Shown here: positions 18,001 through 33,982 of the stretch, piece after piece
Position numbering within the stretch: the first letter of the stretch is position 1
Layout: each line of letters starts with the position of its first letter
Assembly (NCBI GenBank): GCA_964016885.1
Contig: OZ024744.1
Coordinates: forward strand, 48,236,001-48,300,000
Length of the DNA stretch: 64,000 nt
Reading direction: 5' to 3'
DNA from: Eledone cirrhosa
Lineage: Eukaryota
Made by a program: the position numbers and the translations under genes
Notes under the pieces: model-generated
What the model was told of the DNA's origin: nothing
Databases searched by the model: none
Seen by the model: only the letters and a program-made list of their open reading frames with translations

Positions 18001-21000
18001 GAACACCAACCACATTAGACTATCAAGAACAGAACACCAACCACATTAGACTATCAAGACCAGAACACTAACCACATTAGACTATCAAGGACAGAACACC
18101 AACCATATTAGACTATCAAGACCAGAACACCAACCACATTAGACTATCAAGAACAGAACACCAACCACATTAGACTATCAAGAACAGAACACCAACCACA
18201 TTAGACTATCAAGACCAGAACACCAACCACATCACATTAGCCTATCAAGAACAGAACACCAACCACATTAGACTATCAAGACCAGAACACCAACCACATT
18301 AGTCTATCAAGAACAGAACACCAACCACATTAGACTATCAAGACCAGAACACCAACCACATTAGACTATCAAGACCAGAACACCAAACACATTACACTAT
18401 CAAGAACAGAACACCAACCACATTAGACTATCAAGAACAGAACACCAACCACATTAGACTATCAAGACCAGAACACCAACCACATTAGACTATCAAGAAC
18501 AGAACACCAACCACATTAGACTATCAAGAACAGAACACCAACCACATTAGACTATCAAGAACAGAACACAAACCACATTAGACTATCAAGACCAGAACAT
18601 TAACAACATCACATAGTCTATCAAGACCAGAACACCAACAACATCACATTACACTATCAAGACCAGAACACCACCCACATCACATTAGACTATCAAGACC
18701 AGAACACCAAACACATCACATTAGACTATCAAGACCAGAACACCAACCACATTAGACTACCAAGACCAGAACACCAACCACATCACATTAGACTATTAAG
18801 ACCAGAACACCAACCACATTAGACTATCAAGACCATAACTCCAACCACATTAGACTATCAAGACCAGAACACCAACCACATCACATTAGACTATCAAGAC
18901 CATAACACCAACCACATTAGACTATCAAGATCATAACACCAACCACATTAGACTATCAAGACCAGAACAACAACTAGATCACATTAGACTATCAAGACCA
19001 GAACATCAACAATATCATTTTAGACTATCAAGACCAGAATACCAACAAAATCACATTAGACTATCAAGACCAGAACACCAACCACATCACATTAGACTAT
19101 CAAGACCAGAACACCAACCACATCACATTAGACTATCAAGACCAGAACACCAACCACATCACATTAGACTATCAAGACGTGAACACCAACCACATTAGAC
19201 TATCAAGACCAGAACACCAACCACATTAGACTATCAAGACCAGAACACCAACCACATTAGACTATCAAGACCAGAACACCAACCACATCACATTAGACTA
19301 TCAAGACCAGAACACCAACCACATTAGATTTCAAGACCAGAACACCAACCACATTATACTATCAAGACCAGAACACCAACCACATCACATTAGAATATCA
19401 AGACCAGAACACCAACCACATTAGACTATCAAGACCAGAACACCAACCACATCACATTAGACTATCAAGAACAGAACACCAACCACATCACATTAGACTA
19501 TCAAGACCAGAACACCAACCACATCACATTAGACTATCAAGACCAGAACACCAACCACATCACATTAGACTATCAAGACGTGAACACCAACCACATTAGA
19601 CTATTAAGACCAGAACACCAACCACATTAGACTATCAAGACCAGAACACCAACCACATTAGACTATCAAGACCAGAACACCAACCACATCACATTAGACT
19701 ATCAAGACCAGAACACCAACAACATCACATTAGACTATCAAGACCATAACACCAACCATATTAGACTATCAAGACCAGAACACCAACCACATCACATTAG
19801 ACCATCAAGACCAGAACACCAACCACATTAGACTATCAAGACCAGAACACCAACCACATTAGACTATCAAGACCAGAACACCAACCACATCACATTAGAA
19901 TATCAAGACCAGAACACCAACCACATTAGACTATCAAGACCAGAACACCAACCACATCACATTAGACTATCAAAACCAGAACACCAACCACATTAGACTA
20001 TCAAGTACAGAACACCAACCACATTAGACTATCAAGAACAGAACACCAAACACATTAGACTATCAAGACCAGAACACCAACCACATCACATTAGACTATC
20101 AAGACCAGAACACTAACCACATTAGACTATCAAGACCAGAACACTAACAACATCACATAGTCTATCAAGACCAGAACACCAACAACATCACATTAGACTA
20201 TAAAGACCAGAACACCAACAACATCACATTAGACTATCAAGACCAGAACACCACCCACATCACATTAGACTATCAAAACCAGAACACCAAACACATCACA
20301 TAAGACTATCAAGACCAGAACACCAACCACATTAGACTACCATGACCAGAACAACAACCACATCACATTAGACTATTAAGACCAGAACACCAACCACATC
20401 ACATTAGATATCAAGACCAGAACACCAACCACATTAGACTATCAAAACCAGAACTCCAAACACATCACATTAGACTATCAAGACCAGAAATCCAACCACA
20501 TTAGACTATCAAGACCAGAACACCAACCACATCACATTAGACTATCAAGACCAGAACACCAACCACATCACATTAGCCTATCAAGACCAGAACACCAACC
20601 ACATCACATTAGACTATCAAGACCATAACACCAACCACATTAGACTATCAAGACCATAACACCAACCACATTAGACTATCAAGACCAGAACACCAACCAC
20701 ATTAGACTATCAAGACCAGAACACCAACCACATTAGACTATCAAGACCAGAACACCAACCCCATCACATAAGACTATCAAGACCAGAACATAAACCACAT
20801 CACATTAGACTATCAAGACCAGAACACCAACCACATCACATTAGACTATCAAGACCAGAACACCAACCACATCACATTAGACTATCAAGACCAGAACACC
20901 AACCACATCACATTAGACTATGAAGACCAGAACACCAACCACATCACATTAGACTATCAAGACCAGAACACCAACCACATTAGACGATCAAGACCAGAAC

Positions 21001-24000
21001 ACCAACCACATTAGACTATCAAGACCAGAACACCAACCACATCACATAAGACTATCAAGACCAGAACATAAACCACATCACATTAGACTATCAAGACCAG
21101 AACACCAACCACATCACATTAGACTATCAAGACCAGAACACCAACCACATCACATTAGACTATCAAGACCAGAACACTAACCACATTAGACTATCAAGAC
21201 CAGAACACCAACCACATTAGACTATCAAGACCAGAACACCAACCACATTAGACTATCAAGACCAGAACACCAACCACATTAGACTATCAAGAGCAGAACT
21301 CCAACCACATTAGACTATCAAGAACAGAACACCAACCACATCACATTAGACTATCAAGACCAGAACACCAACCACATTAGACTATCAAGACCAGAACACC
21401 AACAATATCATTTTAGACTATCAAGACCAGAACACCAACCACATTAGACTATCAAGACCATAACACCAACAACATTAGAGTATCAAGACCAGAACACCAA
21501 CCACATCACATTTGACTATCAAGACCAGAACACCAACCACATCACATTAGACTATCAAGACCAGAACACAAACCACATCACATTAGACTATCAAGACCAG
21601 AACACCAACCACATCACATTAGACTATCAAGACCAGAACACCAACCACATTAGACTATCAAGACCAGAACTCCAACCACATTAGACTATCAAGAGAAGAA
21701 CACCAACCACATCACATTAGACTATCAAGACCAGAACACCAACCACATTAGACTATCAAGACCAGAACTCCAACCACATTAGACTATCAAGACCAGAACA
21801 CCAACAACATTAGACTATCAAGACCAGAACACCAACCACATTAGACTATCAAGACCAGAACTCCAACCACATTAGACTATGAAGACCAGAACACCAACCA
21901 CATTAGACTATCAAGACCAGAACACCAACAACATTAGACTATCAAGACCAGAACACCAACCACATCACATTTGACTATCAAGACCAGAACACCAACCACA
22001 TCACATTAGACTATCAAGACCAGAACACCAACCACATCACATTAGACTATCAAGACCAGAACACCAACCACATCACATTAGACTATCAAGACCAGAACAG
22101 CAACCACATTAGACTATCAAGACCAGAACTTCAACCACATTAGACTATCAAGAGCAGAACACCAACCACATCACATTAGACTATCAAGACCAGAACACCA
22201 ACCACATTAGACTATCAAGACCAGAACTCCAACCACATTAGACTATCAAGAGCAGAACACCAACCACATCACATTAGACTATCAATACCAGAACACCAAC
22301 CACATCACATTAGACTATCAAGACCAGAACACCAACCACATTAGACTATCAAGACCAGAACACCAACCACATCACATTAGACTATCAAGACCAGAACACC
22401 AACCACATTAGACTATCAAGACCAGAACACCAACCACATTAGACTATCAAGACCAGAACACCAACCACATTAGACTATCAAGACCAGAACACCAACCACA
22501 TCACATTAGACTATCAAGACCAGAACACCAGCCACATTAGACTATCAAGACCAGAACACCAACCACATTAGACTATCAAGACCAGAACACCAACCACATC
22601 ACATTAGACTATCAAGACCAGAACACCAACCACATTAGACTATCAAGACCAGAACACCAACCACATCACATTAGACTATCAAGACCAGAACACCAGCCAC
22701 ATTAGACTATCAAGACCAAAACACCAACCACATTAGACTATCAAGACCAGAACACCAACCACATCACATTAGACTATCAAGACCAGAACACCAGCCACAT
22801 TAGACTATCAAGACCAGAACTCCAACCACATTACACTATCAAGACCAGAACACCAACCACATCATATTAGACTATCAAGACCAGAACACCAACCACATCA
22901 CATTAGACTATCAAGACCAGAACACCAACCACATTAGACTATCATGACCAGAACACCAACCACATTAGACTATCAAGACCATAACACCAACCACATCACA
23001 TCAGACTATCAAGAGCAGAACACCAACCACATTAGACTATCAAGACCAGAACACCAACCACATTAGACTATCAAGACCAGAACACCAACCATATTAGACT
23101 ATCAAGACCAGAACACCAACCACATTAGACTATCAAGACCAGAACACCAACCACATTAGACTATCAAGACCAGAACACCAACCACATTAGACTATCAAGA
23201 GCAGAACACCAACCACATTAGACTATCAAGACCAGAACACCAACAACATTAGACTATCAAGACCAGAACACCAACCACATCACATTAGACTATCAAGACC
23301 AGAACACCAACCACATCACATTAGACTATCAAGACCAGAACACCAACCACATTAGACTATCAAGACCAGAACACCAACCACATCACATTAGACTATCAAG
23401 ACCAGAACACCAACCACATTAGACTATCAAGACCAGAACACCAACCACATTAGACTATCAAGACCAGAACACCAACCACATCACATTAGACTATCATGAC
23501 CAGAACACCAACCACATTAGACTATCAAGACCAGAACACCAACCACATCAGATTAGACTATCCTGACCAGAACACCAACCACATTAGACTATCAAGACCA
23601 GAACTCCAACCACATTACACTATCAAGACCAGAACACCAACCACATCACATTAGACTATCAAGACCAGAACACCAACCACATCACATTAGACTATCAAGA
23701 CCAGAACACCAACCACATTAGACTATCATGACCAGAACACCAACCACATTAGACTATCAAGACCATAACACCAACCACATCACATCAGACTATCAAGACC
23801 AGAACACCAACCACATTAGACTATCAAGACCAGAACACCAACCACATTAGACTATCAAGACCAGAACACCAACCACATTAGACTATCAAGACCAGAACAC
23901 CAACCACATTAGACTATCAAGACCAGAACACCAACCACATTAGACTATCAAGACCAGAACACCAACCACATTAGACTATCAAGACCAGAACACCAACCAC

Positions 24001-25930
24001 ATTAGACTATCAAGACCAGAACACCAACAACATCACATTAGACTATCAAGACCAGAACACCAACCACATCACATTAGACTATCAAGACCAGAACACCAAC
24101 CACATTAGACTATCAAGACCAGAACACCAACACATCACATTAGACTATCAAGACCAGAACACCAACCACATCACATTAGACTATCAAGACCAGAACACCA
24201 ACCACATTATACTATCAAGACCATAACACCAACCACATCACATCAGACTATCAAGAGCAGAACACCAACCACATTAGACTATCAAGACCAGAACACCAAC
24301 CACATTAGACTATCAAGACCAGAACACCAACCACATTAGACTATCAAGACCAGAACACCAACCACATTAGACTATCAAGACCAGAACACCAACCACATTA
24401 GACTATCAAGACCAGAACACCAACCACATTAGACTATCAAGACCATAACACCAACCACATCACATCAGACTATCAAGACCAGAACACCAACCACATTAGA
24501 CTATCAAGACCAGAACACCAACCACATTAGACTATCAAGACCAGAACACCAACCACATTAGACTATCAAGACCAGAACACCAACCACATTAGACTATCAT
24601 GACCAGAACACCAACCACATTAGACTATCAAGACCAGAACACCAACCACATTAGACTATCAAGACCAGAACACCAACCACATTAGACTATCAAGACCAGA
24701 ACACCAACCACATTAGACTATCAAGACCAGAACACCAACCACATTAGACTATCAAGACCAGAACACCAACCACATTAGACTATCAAGACCAGAACACCAA
24801 CAACATCACATTAGACTATCAAGACCAGAACACCAACCACATCACATTAGACTATCAAGACCAGAACACCAACCACATTAGACTATCAAGACCAGAACAC
24901 CAACACATCACATTAGACTATCAAGACCAGAACACCAACCACATCACATTAGACTATCAAGACCAGAACACCAACCACATTAGATTATCAAGACCAGAAC
25001 ACCAACCACATCACATTAGACTATCAAGACCAGAACACCAACCACATTAGACTATCAAGACCGGAACACCAACCACATCACATTAGACTATCAAGACCAG
25101 AACACCAACCACATTAGACTATCAAGACCAGAACACCAACCACATCACATTAGACTATCAAGACCAGAACACCAACCACATTAGACTATCATGACCAGAA
25201 CACCAACCACATTAGACTATCAAGACCAGAACTCCAACCACATTAGACTATCAAGACCAGAACACCAACCACATCACATTAGACTATCAAGACCAGAACT
25301 CCAACCACATTAGAATATCAAGACCAGAACACCAACAACATCACATTAGACTATCAAGACCAGAACACCAACCACATCACATTAGACTATCAAGACCAGA
25401 ACACCGACCACATCACATTAGACTATCAAGACCAGAACACCAACCACATTAGACTATCAAGACCAGAAAACAAACATACCACATTAGACTATCAAGACCA
25501 GAACACCAACCACATCACATTAGACTATCAAGACCAGAACACCAACCACATTAGATTATCATGACCAGAATACCAACCACATTAGACTATCAAGACCAGA
25601 ACACCAACCACATCACATTAGACTATCAAGACCAGAACACCAACCACATTAGATTATCATGACCAGAATACCAACCACATTAGACTATCAAGACCAGAAC
25701 ACCAACCACATCACATTAGACTATCAAGACCAGAACACCAACCACATTAGACTATCAAGACCAGAAAACAAACATACCACATTATCAACAACAGAACACC
25801 AACCACATCACATTATCAAGACCAGAATACCAACCACCTTACATGAGACTATCAAAACCAGTACACCAGAATTATCACATTTGTCTGGCAAGACCAGAAC
25901 ACCAACCATATTACATTAGACTGTCAAGTT
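1..25930. repeat. Satellite array, 31-bp monomer AACCACATTAGACTATCAAGACCAGAACACC interspersed with a 36-bp variant (extra CACAT); roughly 780 monomers; runs off the window start
   Basis: Monomer read directly (copies at 901 and 932 are 31 bp apart). The + strand is strongly A/C-rich. Monomers decay progressively from ~25440 to ~25950. Confidence 0.98.
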
Positions 25931-26289
25931 CTGACCAAAACCCCACCAATCTTATTAAACTCCATACAACATCAAAGGCTAGGGAATCATACACTCCACC
26001 CGTGATAAATTTATTTAAAATATGAGAAATGTTCTTTGTATGTCTTTCTGGATGATAGCGTTGATTTTTGTGGCTGAATGGTTATTGTTTATAATGTTAG
26101 TAAAATTGAATCAATATATACCCTAATGTTTAAATAGTTGCTACATTTTCATATGAGTAAATATTGGATCTGCCGTTGGTCAACAAACTTTTAAACAGAA
26201 GCCTATATCTTCTGTAAACTTTCAAAGTTTATGCATTAATGAAAATATTTTCTGTTGACCAGAGATCAGTATGGAAGCATACAACTAAA

Positions 26290-29200
26290 AGATAAGTGTC
26301 AGATAATACAACAGACAACACAGTATTACACAGTACAACTACAGTGTCAGATAGTACAACAGACAACACAGTATTACACAGTACAACTACAGTATCAGAT
26401 AGTACAACATACAACACAGTATTACACAGTACAACTACAGTGTCAGGTAGTACAACAGACAACACTATTACACAGTACAATTACAGTGTCAGATAGTACA
26501 ACAGACAACACAGTATTACACAGTACAACTCCAGTGTCAGTCAAAAGACCACACAGTATTACACAGTAAAACTAGAGTCAGATAATACAACAGACAACAC
26601 AGTATTACACAGTACAACTACAGTGTCAGATAGTACAACAGACAACACAGTATTACACAGTACAACTACAGTATCAGATAGTACAACATACAACACAGTA
26701 TTACACAGTACAACTAGTGTCAGGTAGTACAACAGACAACACTATTACACAGTACAATTACAGTGTCAGATAGTACAACAGACAACACAGTATTACACAG
26801 TACAACTACAGAGTCATATAGTACAACAGACAACACAGTATTACACAGTACAATTACAGTGTCAGATAGTACAACAGACAACACAGTATTACACAGTACA
26901 ACTCCAGTGTCAGTCAAAAGACCACACAGTATTACACAGTAAAACTAGAGTCAGATAATACAACAGACAACACAGTATTACACAGTACAACTACAGTGTC
27001 AGATAGTACAACAGACAACACAGTATTACACAGTACAACTCCAGTGTCAGTCAAAAGACCACACAGTATTACACAGTAAAACTAGAGTCAGATAATACAA
27101 CAGACAACACAGTATTACACAGTACAACTACAGTGTCAGATAGTACAACAGACAACACAGTATTACACAGTACAACTCCAGTGTCAGTCAAAAGACCACA
27201 CAGTATTACACAGTAAAACAAGAGTCAGATAATACAACAGACAACACAGTATCACACAGTACAACTATAGTGTCATATAGTACAACAGACAACACAGTAT
27301 TACACAGTAGAACTACAGCGTCAGATAGTACAACAGACAACAGAGTATCACACAGTACAACTACAATGTCATAGAGTACAACAAACAACACAGTACTACA
27401 CAGTACAACTCCAGTGTCAGTCAAAAGACCACACAGTATTACACAGTACAACTACAGTGTCAGATAGTACAACAGACAAAACAGTATTACACAGTACAAC
27501 TACAGTGTCAGATAGTACAACAGACCACACAGTATTACACAGTACAACTACAGTGCCAGATAGTACAACAGACAACACAGTATTACACAGTACAACTACA
27601 GTGTCAGATAGTACAGCAAACAACACAGTACTACACAGTACAACTACAGTGCCAGATAGTACAACAGACAACACAGTATTACACAGTACAACTACAGTGT
27701 CATATAGTACAACAGACAACACAGTATTACACAGTACAACTACAGTGTCATATAGTACAACAGACAACACAGTACTACACAGTACAACTACAATGTCAGA
27801 TATTACAACAGACAACACAGTATTACACAGTACAACTACAGTGCCAGATAGTACAACAGACAACACAGTATTACACAGTACAACTACAGTGTCATATAGT
27901 ACAACAGACAACAGAGTATTACACAGTACAACTACAGTGTCAGATAGTACAACAGACAACACAGTATTACACAGTACAACTACAGTGTCAGATAGTACAA
28001 CAGACAACACAGTATTACACAGTATAACTAGGGTCAGATAATACAACAGGTAACACAGTATTACACAGTTTAACACAGTATTACACAGTAAAACTAGAGT
28101 CAGATAATACAACACAGTATTACACAGTACAACTACAGTGTCAGATAGTACAACAGACAACACAGTATTACACAGTACAACTACAGTGTCAGATAGTACA
28201 ACAGACAACACAGTATTACACAGTACAACTACAGTGTCAGATAGTACAACAGACAACAGAGTGTTACACAGTACAACTACAGTGTCATATAGTACAACAG
28301 ACAACACAGTACTACACAGTACAACTACAGTGCCAGATAGTACAACAGACAACACAGTATTACACAGTACAACTACAGTGTCAGATAGTACAACAGACAA
28401 CACAGTATTACACAGTACAACTAGAGTGTCATATAGTACAACAGACAACAGAGTATTACACAGTACAACTACAGTGTCAGATAGTACAACAGACAACACA
28501 GTATTACACAGTACAACTACAGTGTCAGATAGTACAACAGACAACACAGTATTACACAGTATAACTACAGTGTCATATAGTACAACAGACAATACAGTAT
28601 TACACAGTACAACTACAGTGTCAGATAGTACAACAGACAACACAGTATTACACAGTACAACTACAGTGTCAGATAGTACAACAGACAACACAGTATTACA
28701 CAGTACAACTACAGTGTCATATAGTACAACAGACAACAGAGTATTACACAGTACAACTACAGTGTCAGATAGTACAACAGACAACACAGTATTACACAGT
28801 ACAACTACAGTGTCAGATAGTACAACAGACAACACAGTATTACACAGTATAACTACAGTGTCATATAGTACAACAGACAAAACAGTATTACACAGTACAA
28901 CTACAGTGTCATATAGTACAACAGACAACACAGTATTACACAGTATAACTACATTATCAGATAGTACAACAGACAACACAGTCTTACACAGTAAAACTAG
29001 GGTCAGATAATACAACTGGTAACACAGTATTACGCAGTATTACACAGTAAAACTAGAGTCAGATAATACAACACAGTATTACACAGTACAACTACAGTGT
29101 CAGATAGTATAACAGACAACACGGTATTACACAGTACAACTACAGTGTCATATAGTACAACAGACAACACAGTACTACACAGTACAACTACAGTGCCAGA

Positions 29201-32200
29201 TAGTACAACAGACAACACAGTATTACACAGTACAACTACAGTGTCAGATAGTACAACAGACAACACAGTATTACACAGTACAACTACAGTGTCATATAGT
29301 ACAACAGACAACAGAGTATTACACAGTACAACTACAGTGTCAGATAGTACAACAGACAACACAGTATTACACAGTACAACTACAGTGTCAGATAGTACAA
29401 CAGACAACACAGTATTACACAGTATAACTACAGTGTCATATAGTACAACAGACAAAACAGTATTACACAGTACAACTACAGTGTCATATAGTACAACAGA
29501 CAACACAGTATTACACAGTATAACTGCATTATCAGATAGTACAACAGACAACACAGTCTTACACAGTAAAACTAGGGTCTGATAATACAACAGGTAACAC
29601 AGTATTACACAGTATTACACAGTATTACACAGTAAAACTAGAGTCAGATAATACAACACAGTATTACACAGTACAACTACAGTGTCAGATAGTATAACAG
29701 ACAACACAGTATTACACAGTACAACTACAGTGTCAGATAGTACAACAGACAACACAGTATTACACAGTACAACTACAGTGTCAGATAGTACAACAGACAA
29801 CACAGTATTACACAGTACAACTACAGTGTCAGATAGTACAACAGACAACACAATATTACACAGTATAACTACAGTGTCAGATAGTACAACAGACAACACA
29901 GTATTACACAGTACAACTACAGAGTCATATAGTACAATAGACAAAACAGTATTACACAGTACAACTACAGTGCCAGATAGTACAACAGACAACACAGTAT
30001 TACACAGTACAACTCCAGTGTCAGATAGTACAACAGACAACACAGTTTTACACAGTACAACTAGAGTGTTAGATAGTACAACAGACAGCACTGTATTACA
30101 CAGTACAACTACAGTGTCAGATAGTACAACAGACAGCACAGTATTACACAGTACAACTACAGTGTTAGATAGTACAACAGACAACACAGTATTACACAGT
30201 ACAACTACAGTGTTAGATAGTACAACAGACAACACAGTATTACACAGTACAACTACAGTGTCAGATAGTACGACAGACAGCACTATATTACACAGTACAA
30301 CTACAGTGTCAGATAGTACAACAGACAGCACTGTATTACACAGTACAACTACAGTGTTAGATAGTACAACAGACAACACAGTATTACACAGTACAACTAC
30401 AGTGCCAGATAGTACAACAGACAACACAGTATTACACAGTACAACTCCAGTGTCAGATAGTACAACAGACAACACAGTTTTACACAGTACAACTAGAGTG
30501 TTAGATAGTACAACAGACAGCACTGTATTACACAGTACAACTACAGAGTCATATAGTACAATAGACAAAACAGTATTACACAGTACAACTACAGTGCCAG
30601 ATAGTACAACAGACAACACAGTATTACACAGTACAACTACAGTGTTAGATAGTACAACAGACAACACAGTATTACACAGTACAACTACAGTGTCAGATAG
30701 TACGACAGACAGCACTATATTACACAGTACAACTACAGTGTCAGATAGTACAACAGACAGCACTGTATTACACAGTACAACTACAGTGTTAGATAGTACA
30801 ACAGACAACACAGTATTACACAGTACAACTACAGTGTTAGATAGTACAACGGACAACACAGTATTACACAGTACAACTACAGTGTCATATAGTACAACAG
30901 ACAACACAGTATTACACAGTATAACTACATTATCAGATAGTACAACAGACAACACAGTCTTACACAGTAAAACTAGGGTCAGATAATACAACAGGTAACA
31001 CAGTATTACGCAGTATTACACAGTAAAACTAGAGTCAGATAATACAACACAGTATTACACAGTACAACTACAGTGTCAGATAGTATAACAGACAACACAG
31101 TATTACACAGTACAACTACAGTGTCATATAGTACAACAGACAACACAGTACTACACAGTACAACTACAGTGCCAGATAGTACAACAGACAACACAGTATT
31201 ACACAGTACAACTACAGTGTCAGATAGTACAACAGAAAACACAGTATTACACAGTACAACTACAGTGTCATATAGTACAACAGACAACAGAGTATTACAC
31301 AGTACAACTACAGTGTCAGATAGTACAACAGACAACACAGTATTACACAGTACAACTACAGTGTCAGATAGTACAACAGACAACACAGTATTACACAGTA
31401 TAACTACAGTGTCATATAGTACAACAGACAACACAGTATTACACAGTACAACTACAGTGTCATATAGTACAACAGACAACAGAGTATTACACAGTACAAC
31501 TACAGTGTCAGATAGTACAACAGACAACACAGTATTACACAGTACAACTACAGTGTCAGATAGTACAACAGACAACACAGTATTACACAGTATAACTACA
31601 GTGTCATATAGTACAACAGACAAAACAGTATTACACAGTACAACTACAGTGTCATATAGTACAACAGACAACACAGTATTACACAGTACAACTACAGTGT
31701 CAGATAGTACAACAGACAACACAGTATTACACAGTATAACTACATTATCAGATAGTACAACAGACAACACAGTCTTACACAGTAAAACTAGGGTCAGATA
31801 ATACAACAGGTAACACAGTATTACACAGTATTACACAGTATTACTCAGTAAAACTAGAGTCAGATAATACAACACAGTATTACACAGTACAACTACAGTG
31901 TCAGATAGTATAACAGACAACACAGTATTACACAGTACAACTACAGTGTCAGATAGTACAACAGACAACACAGTATTACACAGTACAACTACAGTGTCAG
32001 ATAGTACAACAGACAACACAGTATTACACAGTACAACTACAGTGTCAGATAGTACAACAGACAACACAATATTACACAGTACAACTACAGTGTCAGATAG
32101 TACAACAGACAACACAGTATTACACAGTACAACTACAGAGTCATATAGTACAATAGACAAAACAGTATTACACAGTACAACTACAGTGCCAGATAGTACA

Positions 32201-32917
32201 ACAGACAACACAGTATTACACAGTACAACTCCAGTGTCAGATAGTACAACAGACAACACAGTATTACACAGTACAACTAGAGTGTTAGATAGTACAACAG
32301 ACAGCACTGTATTACACAGTACAACTACAGTGTCAGATAGTACAACAGACAGCACAGTATTACACAGTACAACTACAGTGTCAGATAGTACAACAGACAA
32401 CACAGTATTACACAGTACAACTACAGTGTTAGATAGTACAACAGACAACACAGTATTACACAGTACAACTACAGTGTCAGATAGTACGACAGACAGCACT
32501 ATATTACACAGTACAACTACAGTGTTAGATAGTACAACAGACAACACAGTATTACACAGTACAACTACAGTGTTAGATAGTACAACAGACAACACAGTAT
32601 TACACAGTACAACTACAGTGTCAGATAGTACGACAGACAGCACTATATTACACAGTACAACTACAGTGTCAGATAGTACAACAGACAGCACTGTATTACA
32701 CAGTACAACTACAGTGTCAGATAGTACAACAGACAGCACTGTATTACACAGTACAACTACAGTGTCAGATAGTACAACAGACAACACAATATTACACAGT
32801 ACAACTACAGTGTCAGATAGTACAACAGACAACACAGTATTACACAGTACAACTACAGTGTCAGATAGTACAACAGACAGCACTGTATTACACAGTACCA
32901 ATACAGTGTCAGATAGT
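26290..32917. repeat. Satellite array, 48-bp monomer TCAGATAGTACAACAGACAACACAGTATTACACAGTACAACTACAGTG (~135-140 copies)
   Basis: The 48-bp period appears as the 16-aa repeat SDSTTDNTVLHSTTTV in the ORF track. The monomer is built of ACAGTA-like subunits. Left edge is degenerate; right edge is abrupt at 32917. Confidence 0.97.
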
Positions 32918-33389
32918 AGAACTCACACGCGCGAGCCATGGCTCTATTGCAATCACCGTGAACGTTCGTTTTGGACGCTACTCGATGCGCGAACTTACGG
33001 GTCGTTGGTGGAACCTGTCCTAACTGGCCGAGCGATTGAACTCATATAAAACTTGGGCGGAAGGGTGGGAGGCACCAGCGGCAGCGGCGAATTCGTAAAA
33101 CTTGTCCGATGGTGGACGACTGATCGGCGGCGTGTAACGCACGGACCGGAATTGTGTGTGCGTGTTTGTCGCCGCTACGCAATCCTGTCGAAAGAAAGCC
33201 GAGTCAGCGTTCGGACTCCGTAGCTCTCTCTCTCTCATTCATCCTTTCATTCATCCTTTCAATTCGTTCGTCAGTCCCCACTTTTTACGAATTTCTTTTT
33301 CTGTCGTATTCTCCGTCTATCCTCAGCCGCCGCCGCCATCTTTCGACATTTTTTTTTCTCTTTTCTCGTTGGCGCCGCCTCGAGGGGCG
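32918..33389 (-). other. Probable rDNA 3' external transcribed spacer / start of IGS
   Basis: GC/CpG-rich non-coding sequence contiguous with the 28S 3' end and of similar composition; ends abruptly in the 48-bp satellite. Confidence 0.6.
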
Positions 33390-33948
33390 GATCGTGTCGT
33401 TCGTGAGAAGTGACTCAATAGATCGCAGTGTGGTAGCTGCTCTACTAAGCACGTCTCTCCGAACGGCAAGTCGAGTCATATACAAGCGATCCTTTTCGTC
33501 TCGATCTCTTTCGACAAATCGAACGGACGACGACGACGACGAATCGTCGTAATCGTCACAGAATGGCAATTCCGCTGACGCTGCCGCCGAGGACGACGCG
33601 CACCCCGAAAAGGGAAGCGACTTCGCCGAACGGACGGCAATCGCCAAACTAAGGCATCCGCCTTAAGAAGGTTGAGACGCTTTCGAAAAACAACTCGGGT
33701 CCGGCTACGGTTCCGGCTTAGAGGCGTTCAGCCGTTATCGCTCAGAAGCAGCCTGGCACCACCGCTCTATCGAGCGAGCGCGCAAACCGTTGCTCTGATC
33801 CCGCGGTTCCTCTCGTACTGGACGGGATAGCCGTAGCCGAGTTGACGTTGCCGGCGGCGACGCCGACCGCAGCCGCCTTCGAGAAGGTGGCTGCAGCCGC
33901 CACCACCGCCGCCTACACGCAATACATCGGTAGGATAAAACTAACCTA

Positions 33949-33982
<34 letters not shown>

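Noticed and set aside
1-25930. Telomeric repeat
   Set aside because: Contains TTAG but no TTAGGG/CCCTAA or TTAGG runs.
1-32917. CRISPR-like arrays (31-48 bp periodic repeats)
   Set aside because: No unique spacers, no cas genes, eukaryotic context; these are head-to-tail satellites.
27417-33049. Long ORFs (up to 532 aa) as protein-coding genes
   Set aside because: They arise from a 3n satellite monomer, are open on both strands, mostly start at non-ATG codons and have no unique domains.
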